From Carpediemonas membranifera BICM (Eukaryota; Protista; Fornicata), in assembly GCA_019828565.1 (NCBI GenBank), contig JAHDYR010000013.1, positions 1 to 64,000 on the forward strand: a DNA stretch of 64,000 bases, in the 5' to 3' direction. Every line of letters begins with the position of its first letter. Position 1 is the first letter of the stretch. Shown piece after piece: positions 9,735 to 21,677 of the stretch. The notes under the pieces are model-generated. The model saw nothing but the letters and a program-made list of their open reading frames with translations. It had not been told where the DNA came from and did no database searches. The translations under genes and the position numbers were made by a program.

Positions 9735-11405
9735 TTACAACGTGTTCATCCCGCGGACGTCCATGCCCTGCGTGTCCATGCCCGCCGCCTGCTCCTGGGC
9801 CGCCCGCTGTCCCCGGCCGGCAGAGGGGGTGGTCCCGGAGATGACGTCGTCGATACGAAGGAGGTGGGTGGCGTTCTCCACGGCCGTCTTGACGCACTGG
9901 AGTCGGACGGACATGGGGTCCCAGATGTTGGCCACAGCCATGTCCTGTAGCTTGCCGGTGTAGCCGTCCACGCCCCAGGTCTCCATGCCGGGCTTGTTGT
10001 GCATCGAGCGGAGCTCAGTCACGACGCGGATGACCTCAGCGCCGCAGTTTTGGGCGAGCGTGCGCGGGATGACCTCGAACGACGAGGCTAGGGCCGCATA
10101 CGCCTTCTGCTCGAGCCCAGTGATCTTTTGGGAGCACTTGGCGAGGTGGGTGGCGAGGGCCATCTCGTATGCGCCGCCGCCGGGCAGCAGACGGGGGTCG
10201 ATGATGATGTTACGGGCAACGTTCATGGCGTCGGCAAGGTTGCGCTCAATCTCGTTCAGGACGTCCTTGCTGGCGCCGCGGAGCAGGATGGAGCAGGCCT
10301 TGGGCTGGACTGGGACGTCCTCGTCCTGCGTGATGAACGTGAAGTACTCATCGCCGATCTTCTTGATTTCAAAGGTGCTGGCGGTGCCGACGTCCGACGC
10401 CTTGATGTCCTCCATGCGGTGGACAACAGTGGCGCCCGTTACGCGGGCCACACGGTGCAGGTCGGTCTTCCGGAGCCGGCGGATGCATGAAACGCCGTGA
10501 CGAGCAAAGATCTCCTGAGCCTCGTCGTCCAGCCCCTTCTCGGTGATGACCACGGAGGGGTTGACGGCGAGGATGGCCGAGCACTGCTTCTGGACCCACT
10601 CCCGCTCGAGCTTGAGGAACTTGGTGTAGTCCTCGCCCTTGGAGACGTCGATCTCGAGGGTTGACTCGGCCTTCTTGTACTCGAACGAAGAGTCCAGAAG
10701 AACAACACGGGCGTCGCGCTTGAAGCGGTCCATGCCGGCGTGGACGACGTCCTTGTTGATCATGACGCCGTTGAGCACTTGGCAGTCCTCCACGGCGCCG
10801 CCAGGGATCTTCTCGACCTTAGCATAGCGCTTGATGTCGATCTCGGGAGTCGCCTGGCCCTCCTTGGTGATGGCAACGGTGCGGACAGCCTTCAGCGCGA
10901 GGTTGCAGACGAGGTCGCTCCAGGACTTGACAAACTTGGTGCCGACAGTGCTCTTGATGACAGTGCGAATCTCATCGTCGTCGGTTGTGTCGATCGTCTT
11001 GGTAAGAGTCTTTGTGTGAGCAACGGCCTCCTCGAGAGCCTTGTAGTAGCCGCTAATCACGGTTGTAGGGTGAAGATGGTCTACCTCGAGCAGGCGGCGA
11101 GAGACAGCAAGCGCCTCACCAGCCAGGATGATCACAGCAGTCGTGCCATCGCCAGCGCTGTCATCCTGAGATCTGGAGATCTCTAGCATGAGCTTGGCAG
11201 CAGGATGCGAGACATCGATCTCACGAAGAATAGCGTTACCATCGTTGGTCATGACAATACCGCCCATGGGGTCCAGGATCATCTTGAGAGCTGCAGAGGG
11301 CCCGAGAGTTGTCCTGATCACGTCAGCAACAGCCTTAGCGGCCTGAATGTTACCATTGTTCTTTTGGCGCATCGCGCTGCTGTTCAACACAATAACGTTC
11401 TCCAT
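9735..11405 (-). CDS. CCT3: T-complex protein 1 subunit gamma
   Basis: NIQAAKAVADVIRTTLGP, GDGTT, IDIKRYAKVEKIPGG, LRGASKDVLNEIERNL. Confidence 0.96.
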   Translation of the reverse strand: MENVIVLNSSAMRQKNNGNIQAAKAVADVIRTTLGPSAALKMILDPMGGIVMTNDGNAILREIDVSHPAAKLMLEISRSQDDSAGDGTTAVIILAGEALAVSRRLLEVDHLHPTTVISGYYKALEEAVAHTKTLTKTIDTTDDDEIRTVIKSTVGTKFVKSWSDLVCNLALKAVRTVAITKEGQATPEIDIKRYAKVEKIPGGAVEDCQVLNGVMINKDVVHAGMDRFKRDARVVLLDSSFEYKKAESTLEIDVSKGEDYTKFLKLEREWVQKQCSAILAVNPSVVITEKGLDDEAQEIFARHGVSCIRRLRKTDLHRVARVTGATVVHRMEDIKASDVGTASTFEIKKIGDEYFTFITQDEDVPVQPKACSILLRGASKDVLNEIERNLADAMNVARNIIIDPRLLPGGGAYEMALATHLAKCSQKITGLEQKAYAALASSFEVIPRTLAQNCGAEVIRVVTELRSMHNKPGMETWGVDGYTGKLQDMAVANIWDPMSVRLQCVKTAVENATHLLRIDDVISGTTPSAGRGQRAAQEQAAGMDTQGMDVRGMNTL

Positions 11406-11673
11406 TACTGCGATCACACCTTGCAAGCTAGATAAACTGCACATCGATCAATGATCGCCCATCGGCGAGGAACCGTGATTTGATCCATAGTCCACTCAAT
11501 GAGCCATATCCTCCCTATTGACGTCGTTTCAGCTACTTCTGGGTCCTGATAGCCGCAAGGGACGCTGTTCACCGACAGCCTTGGCCTCGTCGTCGAGACC
11601 TCGTCGACCCCTGGCCAGTTGAAATGTTTATATGTAACACGGACATGCAGCAATAAATACGTAAACTAACCCT

Positions 11674-13608
11674 CTACAGCCTATTGTTCTCCACGACGAC
11701 CTTCCTCGAGGGCGGTGGGACGGGCGGGCCCTTCAAGGGGTGTACCTCAGCGGGCACGCACGTCGCCAGCTTCACCAGTCTCGCATTGAATAGGACGCTC
11801 GAGATGGTCGCCACGCCGAGCCTTCCGTCCTGTGCCAGCCCCAGCTTCTTCTGCAGCCGCCGCACCTCGACGGACAACGCCGCGACCTCACTCTCCTCGG
11901 TAACGGGGTCCGGGAAGGCCGCCCCGAGGAGCTCAGCCGACCTCTTCAGCAGGGAGATGAGGTGTTCAGCCTGCAGCATCATCCGCCGGATCACAGGGAG
12001 GTCCCGGCCGACAACGCGGACCGAGTTGTCGTCGATCTCGTCCAGGATCTGTGCCAGTCGCCTGCACCCCCGCAGTGTGACGCCTGTGACGTGGTCGTGG
12101 GCCGGTAAGATCGGGGAGTAGGCGTCCAGAGCCTGCATCGCAAGGTGGAAGCGCTTGATGGCCACCCCAGACGGGATGGGCCCGGGGCTGTCGGCTGGGT
12201 CATCGAGCGTCAGGGCCCCCATCCAGCGGCCGTCGTTCAGTGTCTGGACCCGCAGGATGGCCTGTGGCAGGGTCTCGTTGGGCAGCAGGGCGTGGGCGTA
12301 CTCCTCGTGGTCGGGGCTGAGCAGCTGGATGCGGCCGGCGAGGGCGGTCTCGCCTGGTGTCCTGACGAGCAACGGCGTCATTACCCGTGTCTGGACGGTG
12401 AACCAGGACACGAGCAGCTCCTTGAGGGCCTGTGGGGCGTCGCCGTCGACCGAGAGAGGGTGGACCTCTGTCTCCGCGTTGGCGTCCTCCCGCAGCACCA
12501 CGGTTGGCACCCTGGATGTGTCGAGCAGGGCGTCCTCGAGCACGAAGGGGGCGTACCCGGCCAGCAGAAAGGGCGACCCAATGTGGAGCTGGGGGCAGCG
12601 TTGGATGAGGGGCAGCAGGCGGGTCGGGTCGGCGACGAGAAAGGGGTGCTCGCACTCGCAGTCCGCGTTGGTCACTGGAATGTCTGAGTCCGTCAAGTTC
12701 TTGATGTAGTTGGCCGCCAGTTGGACGGACGTGAAGTAGTACCCGGACTGGCCGTGGAGTAGCTCGGGGTTCGCGAAGTTCGATATGAAGTTCAGGATCG
12801 TCAGAAGGCTCGGAATCCTCGCCTTGAGGACGACGTAGATCCAGATGTCCACAAACTGGTCGCCCCCTACGATGGCGTTGGGATTTCTCTCGGCGATCTC
12901 CGTATAAATCATCTGGGCCGCGCTGAGGATGATCTGCATCTTGCGGGACGGCATCTGGGAGAATATGATGCTCTTGAGCGTTGCTATCGCTCTGTGGAAC
13001 GGCACGCGGTCCGTGATCTGCAGCTCGGGGTCGATCCGCAGCTGAGATTGCGTCAGAGCAGAGTACCGCTCGCACTGGGCGATCAGCTGGGCGTCCTCCT
13101 CCTTGTTGTCCTCCTCGGCGTACTCCATGGCCTTCTTGTGGATCAGTGGGAACACGGTCGCCTCGATGGCGAAGTCGAGCTCCGTGGGCGGGAACCCGAC
13201 GAGCTCGGGGATCTTCTCGAGCATGTAGTGCCGCAGACTGACTATAAACTGGTAAACATGGATATCACGGCCCGTGTTGAAGCGGGTGACGTAGTTCTCG
13301 AGGATCCGGGAGGACGAAGAGCCTGTGTCCAGGAGGATGCGCTGGGCAAGGGAGAACGAGCGGTCCTGGTTGCCAAATAAGTACTGGCTACTGAATATGG
13401 ACTCGCTGATCACGCCAACACCTTTGGCGAGGAGGCCAGCGGTGTTTCTCTTCACATCTATGTGCAGGCGCGTTGAATTGCGCTTCATCAGGGTTATAGT
13501 CTCATAAGAGACACTGACAGGCGTATCCGCTGCCATAGAATGCGCTGCAAGCGAGCCTTGCAGCGACATGGCTCGTTTTCGTTCGTGATGCAATTTGTTA
13601 CGTGGCAT
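11674..13608 (-). CDS. VPS9-domain (Rab5 GEF) protein
   Basis: PSRKMQII...GGDQFVDIWIYVVLKA...GQSGYYFTSV. Confidence 0.85.
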   Translation of the reverse strand: MPRNKLHHERKRAMSLQGSLAAHSMAADTPVSVSYETITLMKRNSTRLHIDVKRNTAGLLAKGVGVISESIFSSQYLFGNQDRSFSLAQRILLDTGSSSSRILENYVTRFNTGRDIHVYQFIVSLRHYMLEKIPELVGFPPTELDFAIEATVFPLIHKKAMEYAEEDNKEEDAQLIAQCERYSALTQSQLRIDPELQITDRVPFHRAIATLKSIIFSQMPSRKMQIILSAAQMIYTEIAERNPNAIVGGDQFVDIWIYVVLKARIPSLLTILNFISNFANPELLHGQSGYYFTSVQLAANYIKNLTDSDIPVTNADCECEHPFLVADPTRLLPLIQRCPQLHIGSPFLLAGYAPFVLEDALLDTSRVPTVVLREDANAETEVHPLSVDGDAPQALKELLVSWFTVQTRVMTPLLVRTPGETALAGRIQLLSPDHEEYAHALLPNETLPQAILRVQTLNDGRWMGALTLDDPADSPGPIPSGVAIKRFHLAMQALDAYSPILPAHDHVTGVTLRGCRRLAQILDEIDDNSVRVVGRDLPVIRRMMLQAEHLISLLKRSAELLGAAFPDPVTEESEVAALSVEVRRLQKKLGLAQDGRLGVATISSVLFNARLVKLATCVPAEVHPLKGPPVPPPSRKVVVENNRL

Positions 13609-13668
13609 GTAACAGCATAAATCAGCCCCAACGGACGATTTGGCCTGCCATTTACCAGTCCAAGCGCT

Positions 13669-15450
13669 CTACCCCCGCCTCTTGGTCCGCCTCACCTCCA
13701 CCTCCTGCACGGCATCCTGAGTCGGCCCCGACTCCAGCACTGTCGACAGCGGCAGAATCTCCCGCACGAGGGCACTGAACTCAGACCAGTACGCCGGCAT
13801 CAGGTGCTCCTGCTTCTCTTTGCCGTCTCTAGACACCACCAGCGGACACGGATCGACTGAGGCCAGGTCCTGGTCGAGTGCCGCCTCCCGCCCCGGCCAC
13901 GCGTCGACAGCAGCATCGGCCATGATCAGGTGCTGCGTGCACTCCCGTATAGTCCTGGTGCCGTCCCAGACCACTCTGCACGCGGCCCGCTGGCTTTCAG
14001 TCGGCCCACACAGGAGCACGCCGGACACGACCGCGGGGGCACATCGGACTGACGACCCACCGCGGCCATCCAGCGCCATCTGGTACGCCATTAGCGCCCT
14101 GTCCGTCGCCCCCGCGCTGCCATGGAGATGGAGGGACGCCGCGGCGAGGAACGTGCCATGCCGGGTCACCCCGATTGCCGGGACTGTCTCGCGGTCAAAG
14201 CCGGCCTGATAGCGCGTCATCGCTGATGAAAGACTGATCTTGTCGATATTCCAGATATTATGGTGAATCTGCCGGAGATCTGGAGGGAGATATTGAGCTA
14301 ATCCTGGGACCAGTCGGGGTGCCAGACCCCAGAAACTCTGCAGTGCCGAGCTGGGGCTGGCCTTACGGAGCAGCTCATTAAGACAGTGTCGCCGAAATAT
14401 GACAATATCTGGAGATTCTGCACCCGTATCTATAGATTGAGGATACGATAAAAATACCAGCACCAGACAGATCAGAGGATCTGTGTCACAAACCTCCAGA
14501 TACCCCAGTAAATTGACCTCCAGCCCAGCCCACTCATCGCCCAGGCGGCGGGGCGGGTTCGTCACCCAGGCCGTGGCGACCGGGTCGTGGAGTACGATAA
14601 GGGCCGTGAGCAGGGCGGCCAGGGTGTCTCTGACCCTGTCTACAGCCCATCGCCCCCCCTCGCCTCCGCCCCTCGCGGCCAGGTCTCCATGAGCAGCGGT
14701 GAGGAACCGGACGAGGGCGGCGCAGCAGAGGGCGAAGTCGGGGTTGAGCGGGGTCAGATGGAAGAGTAGGGGGGCGGGAGACGCCGGGGTGGCCTCAACG
14801 GCAGCAATGACGGTGGCGACGGAGGAGAGGGTCAGTGTGTGGAGCAGCTGGAACAGCATGAGACCGTTGGCTCCGTCATCGGCAAGGAGTGTGTCCCAGA
14901 ACACACCGGGCAGGGCCAGTGCAGGGCCCGTGGCGATGGCGCCACACAGCAGGCTCACTACGGTGAACTGGTCGACGTAGTCCTGGCCAAACAGTGATGG
15001 CGCCGGGTCGTCGCTACCGTACTTGCGGCCCTCACCAGGGAACACGTCCGGGTGCTGCTGCATGGCCCGTTGGAAGGCGGCGATGTGCTGCAGGAGGGTG
15101 GCGGCGAGCAGGGCGGGGTTCCGGGCCGGGGGGAGCACAGACGGCCCGGGGAGGTCGGGCATGTCTCGCAGGGCGTCCCTGAAATCCTCGATCGCTGGGG
15201 GAAGGCTCTCCTCGTCGTCGTCGATGAAGAAGTCCATGGTTGGCGTACCCTCTTCGTCGATGAAGGAGGCGAGCGAGTCGAAGGATGATTCGGACAGAAA
15301 CGACGCGTCGCTGTAGCTCTCATAGCTTCCAGAATCGGTACTGCTGCTGTTTTCGACGTGGAGGCGCTCGTATGCGTCGCTGAATATGCCATCGTCTCTG
15401 GAGAGCACAGCACCGACCTCCAGAACATAGTCTAGCGCTGCAGCGCCCAT
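13669..15450 (-). CDS. Hypothetical protein (acidic N-terminus, helical)
   Basis: Long ORF with coding-like codon bias; start uncertain. Confidence 0.65.
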   Translation of the reverse strand: MGAAALDYVLEVGAVLSRDDGIFSDAYERLHVENSSSTDSGSYESYSDASFLSESSFDSLASFIDEEGTPTMDFFIDDDEESLPPAIEDFRDALRDMPDLPGPSVLPPARNPALLAATLLQHIAAFQRAMQQHPDVFPGEGRKYGSDDPAPSLFGQDYVDQFTVVSLLCGAIATGPALALPGVFWDTLLADDGANGLMLFQLLHTLTLSSVATVIAAVEATPASPAPLLFHLTPLNPDFALCCAALVRFLTAAHGDLAARGGGEGGRWAVDRVRDTLAALLTALIVLHDPVATAWVTNPPRRLGDEWAGLEVNLLGYLEVCDTDPLICLVLVFLSYPQSIDTGAESPDIVIFRRHCLNELLRKASPSSALQSFWGLAPRLVPGLAQYLPPDLRQIHHNIWNIDKISLSSAMTRYQAGFDRETVPAIGVTRHGTFLAAASLHLHGSAGATDRALMAYQMALDGRGGSSVRCAPAVVSGVLLCGPTESQRAACRVVWDGTRTIRECTQHLIMADAAVDAWPGREAALDQDLASVDPCPLVVSRDGKEKQEHLMPAYWSEFSALVREILPLSTVLESGPTQDAVQEVEVRRTKRRG

Positions 15451-15698
15451 AACTGACGTTGGATAAAGGCTATTGATGAACTGGGCATGCTCTGTTTGTT
15501 TTGGCCGGCTTTTCAGGTGCCGCATCACCACACACACATCACCACAGTCGGAGTCGACGGTGAACTGGCAGGGCGTGGGACGACAGAGCGACAGAGGGCT
15601 CCAACACAGCTCTTTCCTGTATACTCGCCCGGTGTCCCATGATGCGCCGTTCTCCCCCCAATTCTTACCGCCATTGATCATATTTATCACGCTACACT

Positions 15699-18012
15699 CT
15701 AAATAGTGTCATACGTCAGCGTCGACCCCTGGTCAAGCATCGCACCGCCCTCGAGGTCGCCATCAAGGGTGTCGTAACCAGTCTTGCCAGCAGCGGCGCC
15801 CATGAGGTTCTTGTGGAGGCCGGTGAGGTAGACGAAGATGGCCGCACCGCCCACAGCAATGACGACGGCGACACACGTGCCGACGCAGAGCAGGGCGGTT
15901 AGGGGCAGGAGGACGGCAGTGGCGAAGAATAGCACCCACTCGATGAAGCCGCGGACGTCGGCACCGAACGACTTGGAGTGGTCGTCGTCGCCCTTGATGA
16001 CGGGCTGGACGGTGAACGTGACGGGGTCCGAGACGTCTCTGTTGTAGAAGATGAGCTTGAACCGGACCTCGTCAGGGGAGGCGAACTTAGACTGCGGGTA
16101 CGCGATGAGGAAGCGGACAGAGCCGTCGGGGGCCGACGAGAATGTGCCGTACGTGTTCTCCTCGATGCGGGGGTGGGACAGCGAGACGAGCTCGACGCTG
16201 TGGGCATACGTGTCCGCCTGGTGGTCTCTGGTGATGCGGACGTTGACGGGCTTCGAGCCGGCCTTGGCGGTGAACTCGCTGACGAACATGTCGCCGGGCT
16301 GGACGGTGACGGTGGCCGTGCCGTTGGTCTCGAGGGCGTGGAGGTTGGACTTGATGGCCGCACAGTCGTATGCCGAGTCGTAGTTGCCCGTGCACTTGCA
16401 CACACCGGTGGCGGGGTCAACAACGCCGTGGTCGTTGCAGTCGAGCTCCGCCCCGTAGCTGATGCCGAGTGAGACCGACTGTGTCGTGAAGACTGTGGCG
16501 TACAGCGCCCCATCGGGGTTGTACGCCATGTCGTATGGCCGGATGGTGATGTCGTCCTCGGGGGTGACCGACGTCAGCATGACAGTCGTGTACGACGACC
16601 CCATGGACCGGCTGGGGTCTGCGGTGTTGAAAGGGGACCGGGAGAAGACGATGTCACAGTGTGCGCCGGTGGCCAGGGCGCTGTTGGCGTTGAGCTTGAC
16701 CCTCAGGGCGGGGCGGCGGGTCGAGTCGTACGAGAGCTTGTACACTGCCACGGGGACGTTGACGTCAGTGCCGGCGTGGATGGTGTGGGAGGCAGTGTCC
16801 TGGGCCTGCAGCGTCACGATCTTCTGGCCGCAGGTTGGGCCGGCGTACCCCACGGGGCAGATAGTGTACGTCGCCTCGAACACGGCGGTGACGCCGACAG
16901 TGTCGCTCTTGACGTGCACCCAGTACTTGCCGGACTCCAGCTCGAGCTGGTTGTACGTCGACCCGTCGAGCTCGATGGTCTCCTGGGCGCTGTCGATGGT
17001 GGTGTAGGCGAGGGTGGGGTTGGGGAGCCAGCCCGTGCAGTCGCCGTTCTTGTCCTCAATGCAGGGCTGCAGGGCATACTTGACAGAGTTGGTCCGGGTC
17101 ACGGCGGAGAACACGAAGTTGGCCGTGGACGTGAATACGAGGTTGGTGGTGGGGATGTCGATGTGGAGGAAGTACTCCTGGTACGTCGAGAAGTCCAGGT
17201 TGACGGGCGTGTTGGCCGCCACGGCAAGGATCTGGTTGGTGTTGATGTAGCTCACGGTCGCGGCGAGGTTCACAGTCGCCTGGGCGTGGTTCTTGACTTG
17301 GCCGAAGACGAACGTCGTCCCGCTCTGCAGCGTGAGGGTATACGGCAGCGTCCGCACCTTGATGGGGAAGACCATGGTGCCGTCCACGTCGGAGAGGTAG
17401 AGGTTGCCGGCCAGGGTGCTGTCGCCCGTGATGGTGAGTGTCCTGGCCTGGTTGTCGACAGACTGGTCGATCTTCAGAGCAAAGTAGCCGACATCGGACT
17501 GTGCAATGCCGTCGCCGATGGCAAGCTGGATGGTCTTGGAGCCGGCGGCCGAGAAGTCATAGCTGGGCACGCCGGTGAGGTCGGCGCGGACCTGGATCTT
17601 GCTCGTCTTGGTGGCAAAGACGATGACGTACCCCGTGGTCATGATGTCGGGGGAGGCGTAGGCGTAGGGGGTGAAGTGGGTCATGTCCACCGAGTTCTTG
17701 GCGATGGTACGGCGGTTCATGAGGGCGTTGTCGATAGACGGGAAGGGCGCCACGGTCGTATAGTCGTAGACTTCGATGCTGTTGTCCAACGCCTTGACAT
17801 CAATGCGAGCAACATGCTCCGTGTCTGCCTATGTTAGAAAATGGATGGTAACGAACCTTGATGGCGAACAAGTAGTAATTGTTCGGCTTGACAGTGATAT
17901 CCTGCCAGCCCTTGTCCACAATCCGCTCCATGGGATAAAAGTCGGTGGCATACGTGCTTGCAAGGCATGCAGACACCAACAAAAGAGCGAGAAGCGCTAC
18001 TTTCGCGAGCAT
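15699..18012 (-). CDS. Type I membrane/surface protein with EGF-like motifs; intron 17829-17856
   Basis: Signal peptide MLAKVALLALLLVSACLA; CPVGYAGPTC and CNDHG...CKC...DC; C-terminal TM and GYDTL tail. A 28-nt GT-AG intron joins the two ORFs. Confidence 0.85.
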
Positions 18013-18308
18013 TTGGGTGGTGGGAAATGACTCCACGTGAGTCGAAACGATCTCAAGAGATGGAGACGGATTCTGACTGGCGCCGGAGCGGGGAACGGTG
18101 AAAGAGAGCGGCCCTAGTGTGATGAGGGTAGATTAGTGCTGAAATCTGACTGCAGATTTTCTCAGCCAATCGTCTTCCAGGATGATCTCACATCCACTTT
18201 CTGACCACCGCACATTGCTATCGATGCTAGTATACATAATGGCATCACCATGCGACCATACAAACGTCAATAAACAGAGACCCGCCTACCTGGTGCTTTA
18301 CTAGTGGC

Positions 18309-20738
18309 CTACACGATGTGCCTGATGATGCCCTCGACATGGCCCTTCATCTGCTCCACATCACACCCGACGTATCGCCTGATGACCTCCGTCCAGTATA
18401 CGAACAGACTAGCAATGGGGACCGAGATGGGGTCGTTAACACGGTCCAGCGCCTCAGACGCCGCCTCGACGACCGTGTCCGCCTTGCCGGGGTACATAGC
18501 CCGCAGCTTGGCCGCAAACACAGCGAGGATCTCCTCCTTGGCGCTGAGAGTGGTCGTCTCGATCACCGAGTCGTCTCCGATGTCCGTAAGCTGCACCAGC
18601 TTGCTGAAGAATCCCAGCTCTCTCGCCACGAGGAACTCTTCCGTGTCTGAAACGAGGATGACGTGCAGCGCGACCCTCTTGTGCGGGGGGAAGCGCTGGC
18701 CCTTCATCCACTCGCCCAAGGCGAAGAGGAGCCGCTCGCCGGCGTTGTAGAGGGCGTCGAAGTTGTCGATGACGATGACGCCCCGCAGCGCGTCTATGGC
18801 CTCGTTGAAGACCTCCTCCATCTTCTCCATGAAGCCCGAGCCCTCCCGCATGGCGTTCACGATCTTCACGAACTCCGCACCCGACGCCCGGGCGAGCTGG
18901 ACCGCGAACGAGCTCTTGCCGCTGTTCTTCTGGCCGTGGACGACAGTGAGGCCGACGCCCGAGACCATGCCGTGGTTCCTGACGTCCGCGCCGATGACCT
19001 CGCCCCGCTCCTCGACCAGAGCGTTGATGCGGGGGATGTCCACCCAGCCGTTGCGCTGGATCTGCTGCATCTGGACGTAGTCGGAGCCAAACATGGGGTG
19101 TGTCTTGTGGATGGCCTCGAAGATGTCGTCCTTGCTGACGAATATGCTCGTGACGTTTCCCGCGTTCACCTCTGCCATCTGCTCGATCGTGAAGTCATCC
19201 GCCGACATGCCGAGTGCCTTGTCGACGGCGATGTTGACGGCCTTACCGATGACGTTGGCGATCTCAGCGCCCGTGTAGTTCTCCGTCTCGGCCGCGAACA
19301 TGTCCAACACCTCAGCGAGCTCGGCGTCCTCCATCGGCTGGGCCTTGGTGTCCCGTATGAACGTGTTCTTGTCCCTAAGATGCTTCGTGTGGATCCGGAA
19401 GATGTCCGCCCGCCCCGCTCTATCGGCCAGCCGTACCGGGATCTGAACCGAGAAGCGGCCAGGTCGGAGCATGGCTGGGTCGAGGAGGTCGAGCCTGTTG
19501 GTCATGCCGATGACGAGGAAGTTGGACGACTGGTTGACGCCGTCGAGCTTGGTCAGGAGCTGGTTGACGATGCCGTCCTTGACGCCCGTGTTGTCGCCCT
19601 TGGACCCGCGCTTCTGGAAGAGCGCGTCGATCTCGTCGAACACGATGACATGGAGCCGAGACTCGGCGCCCTTCTCCTCCCACTCCTTCTCTGCGGGCTC
19701 GAACAGCTTGCGGACGTTCTCCTCGGACTGGCCGACGTACTTGTTGAGAAGCTCGGGCCCGTTGACGATGATGGGCTCCTCGCAGTCGAGGAAGGCCGAC
19801 AGCTGCCGGGCGAGCAGCGTCTTGCCGGTGCCGGGGGGGCCGTAGAGCAGCAGGCCCTTCACGTGGTCCTTGTCGCGGTAGAGCCCGAGGTTGGGCGGGA
19901 TCATTCGGGACTTGAGGACCTCGGAGAAGACCGAAAAGATCTCCTTGTTCAGCCCGCCAACGCCGAACGACTCGACGTCGAACTTGCCCCGGTTGAACAC
20001 GGACATGCTGTAGGCCGCCTGGTAGTCGCCCGACAGGCCCATGAGACGGTGGGTGGCCGAGGCCTTGGGCGACGACGCCGTGCCGAGTCGCTTGTAATAC
20101 TCGCTCAGGTCCTCCTTCTGGACGAGCACCTGGGTCTTGTCTGTGACCGTGTAGAACCTGGCTGGGTCGGTCTCCTCGGTGTCGTCGACGCCCACGACGC
20201 TGTCGACTCTCACTAGGAGGTCGATGGATGTGGTGGGGCCCTCGTCCATGGGGACGTTCAGCACAAAGAGCGTGTCCTTGCACAGAGCTGAGGGGACGTC
20301 CTTGGCGGCCTTGAAGGCGTCGGGCAGGGCCTGACGGACACCCTGTAGTGAGCCCATGTCCGACCTGAAGGCGTTGACGACGTTGGTGGTGTTCACAGTG
20401 AACTCGGCGGCATATGACTTGATGGAGTGGATGCTGAGTGTCACATGTGCGGCGATGTCCTCGTCAGCGAAGGGTGTCGTGTGGAGTCGGGAGGTGGGGC
20501 CGAGCTTGAAGTCGGTACGCTGCGCCAGGTTGAAGTAGAAGCTGGGCTCGGTCTCCATGCCAGTAGGATCGTATTTGACACGATAAACCCGGTTGAGCGT
20601 TCCAATCTGGTTTGAAAACTTCACCTTGGTGACTGCTCCGGGCTTGAGGGAGTGAGGGCCGCGAGCAAGAACGATATTGGAGTTAGCCATTCCATACGCG
20701 CCAACAATGTCCTTTTTGTACGATGAAATGGGGTTCAT
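18309..20738 (-). CDS. NSF: Vesicle-fusing AAA+ ATPase NSF/Sec18
   Basis: [50 protein letters not shown]. Confidence 0.93.
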   Translation of the reverse strand: MNPISSYKKDIVGAYGMANSNIVLARGPHSLKPGAVTKVKFSNQIGTLNRVYRVKYDPTGMETEPSFYFNLAQRTDFKLGPTSRLHTTPFADEDIAAHVTLSIHSIKSYAAEFTVNTTNVVNAFRSDMGSLQGVRQALPDAFKAAKDVPSALCKDTLFVLNVPMDEGPTTSIDLLVRVDSVVGVDDTEETDPARFYTVTDKTQVLVQKEDLSEYYKRLGTASSPKASATHRLMGLSGDYQAAYSMSVFNRGKFDVESFGVGGLNKEIFSVFSEVLKSRMIPPNLGLYRDKDHVKGLLLYGPPGTGKTLLARQLSAFLDCEEPIIVNGPELLNKYVGQSEENVRKLFEPAEKEWEEKGAESRLHVIVFDEIDALFQKRGSKGDNTGVKDGIVNQLLTKLDGVNQSSNFLVIGMTNRLDLLDPAMLRPGRFSVQIPVRLADRAGRADIFRIHTKHLRDKNTFIRDTKAQPMEDAELAEVLDMFAAETENYTGAEIANVIGKAVNIAVDKALGMSADDFTIEQMAEVNAGNVTSIFVSKDDIFEAIHKTHPMFGSDYVQMQQIQRNGWVDIPRINALVEERGEVIGADVRNHGMVSGVGLTVVHGQKNSGKSSFAVQLARASGAEFVKIVNAMREGSGFMEKMEEVFNEAIDALRGVIVIDNFDALYNAGERLLFALGEWMKGQRFPPHKRVALHVILVSDTEEFLVARELGFFSKLVQLTDIGDDSVIETTTLSAKEEILAVFAAKLRAMYPGKADTVVEAASEALDRVNDPISVPIASLFVYWTEVIRRYVGCDVEQMKGHVEGIIRHIV

Positions 20739-21030
20739 GATGAGATGGGCTTTCAGGTGAGGTGTGAATAGCCTTAAACTGCACATTATAAGCCAGTGTT
20801 ATAGGAGCCCAATATTTTAACAATTTTGCCCAATATGGGATTAAGACCGTGTATCCAAGCACACGCTCGCTGGAAATAGACAAGGCTCGTAAACCTGGAA
20901 ATGCATCGCCTCTTGCCAGCAGGTCAGACAGTCAGCTGCGTCAGTCCCCTTGGTCCCCTCCATCTGCCCGCGCACCTCCATCTGCTGCCAGACGTCAGAG
21001 TTTTTCCAACAGTCTTTACGGGAACGTGGA

Positions 21031-21582
21031 ATGAGCACTGGAATTTCGTCCGAAACTGATCTGGCGGCCGAAATTCTCCGCATCAAGGAGAAACATGAGA
21101 TGAGATTGAAGTTCATGCGGTTAACAGAGTCCGAGCACGATGCGATCACGTATCTCTCGCCTCGGAGCATCTCTAAGGTCACACAGGAGCACCAGCTTAC
21201 TATGGACGAGCTAGAGCAATTGTACAATATCCCAACGCCCAAAGTCTCAACGCCACCGCCGCCTACGGTGCAGCAACAGCCCGTGTCGACGCAGCGCTCG
21301 TTCATCAACTACCACTCGGCCAAATTCCCCCCCTTCATGCCTGAAGCAGCGCCAATCTCCCCAAGGCGCCACGCCCCAAGCCTGGCCTCTCCCCATTCGG
21401 CCACCGGGACCGCGCAGACCCCTGCCCCGTCCCTTTATGAGCCAGTCAAGAAGGAGTCACCCCGGAAAGAGCTGGACAGGACGAACGGAGTCCTGTCGCC
21501 GGGCAGACCCATCCCCATGTCTGCGGACAGCCCGATGCCCCGGCCCATCGCGGACATGCTGAGGCGACCCCGCGGCAGGTGA
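21031..21582 (+). CDS. Hypothetical Pro/Ser-rich protein
   Basis: ATG ORF between convergent and divergent genes. Confidence 0.6.
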   Translation: MSTGISSETDLAAEILRIKEKHEMRLKFMRLTESEHDAITYLSPRSISKVTQEHQLTMDELEQLYNIPTPKVSTPPPPTVQQQPVSTQRSFINYHSAKFPPFMPEAAPISPRRHAPSLASPHSATGTAQTPAPSLYEPVKKESPRKELDRTNGVLSPGRPIPMSADSPMPRPIADMLRRPRGR

Positions 21583-21677
21583 GGAGCGTGTGGCATGACT
21601 AAATAGAGTTGAAGCTCCCATTGAATTTACCCGGCGGGTGTCAGCTAAAGTCAGGTGTCGCGTGTGCGGCCACACTC

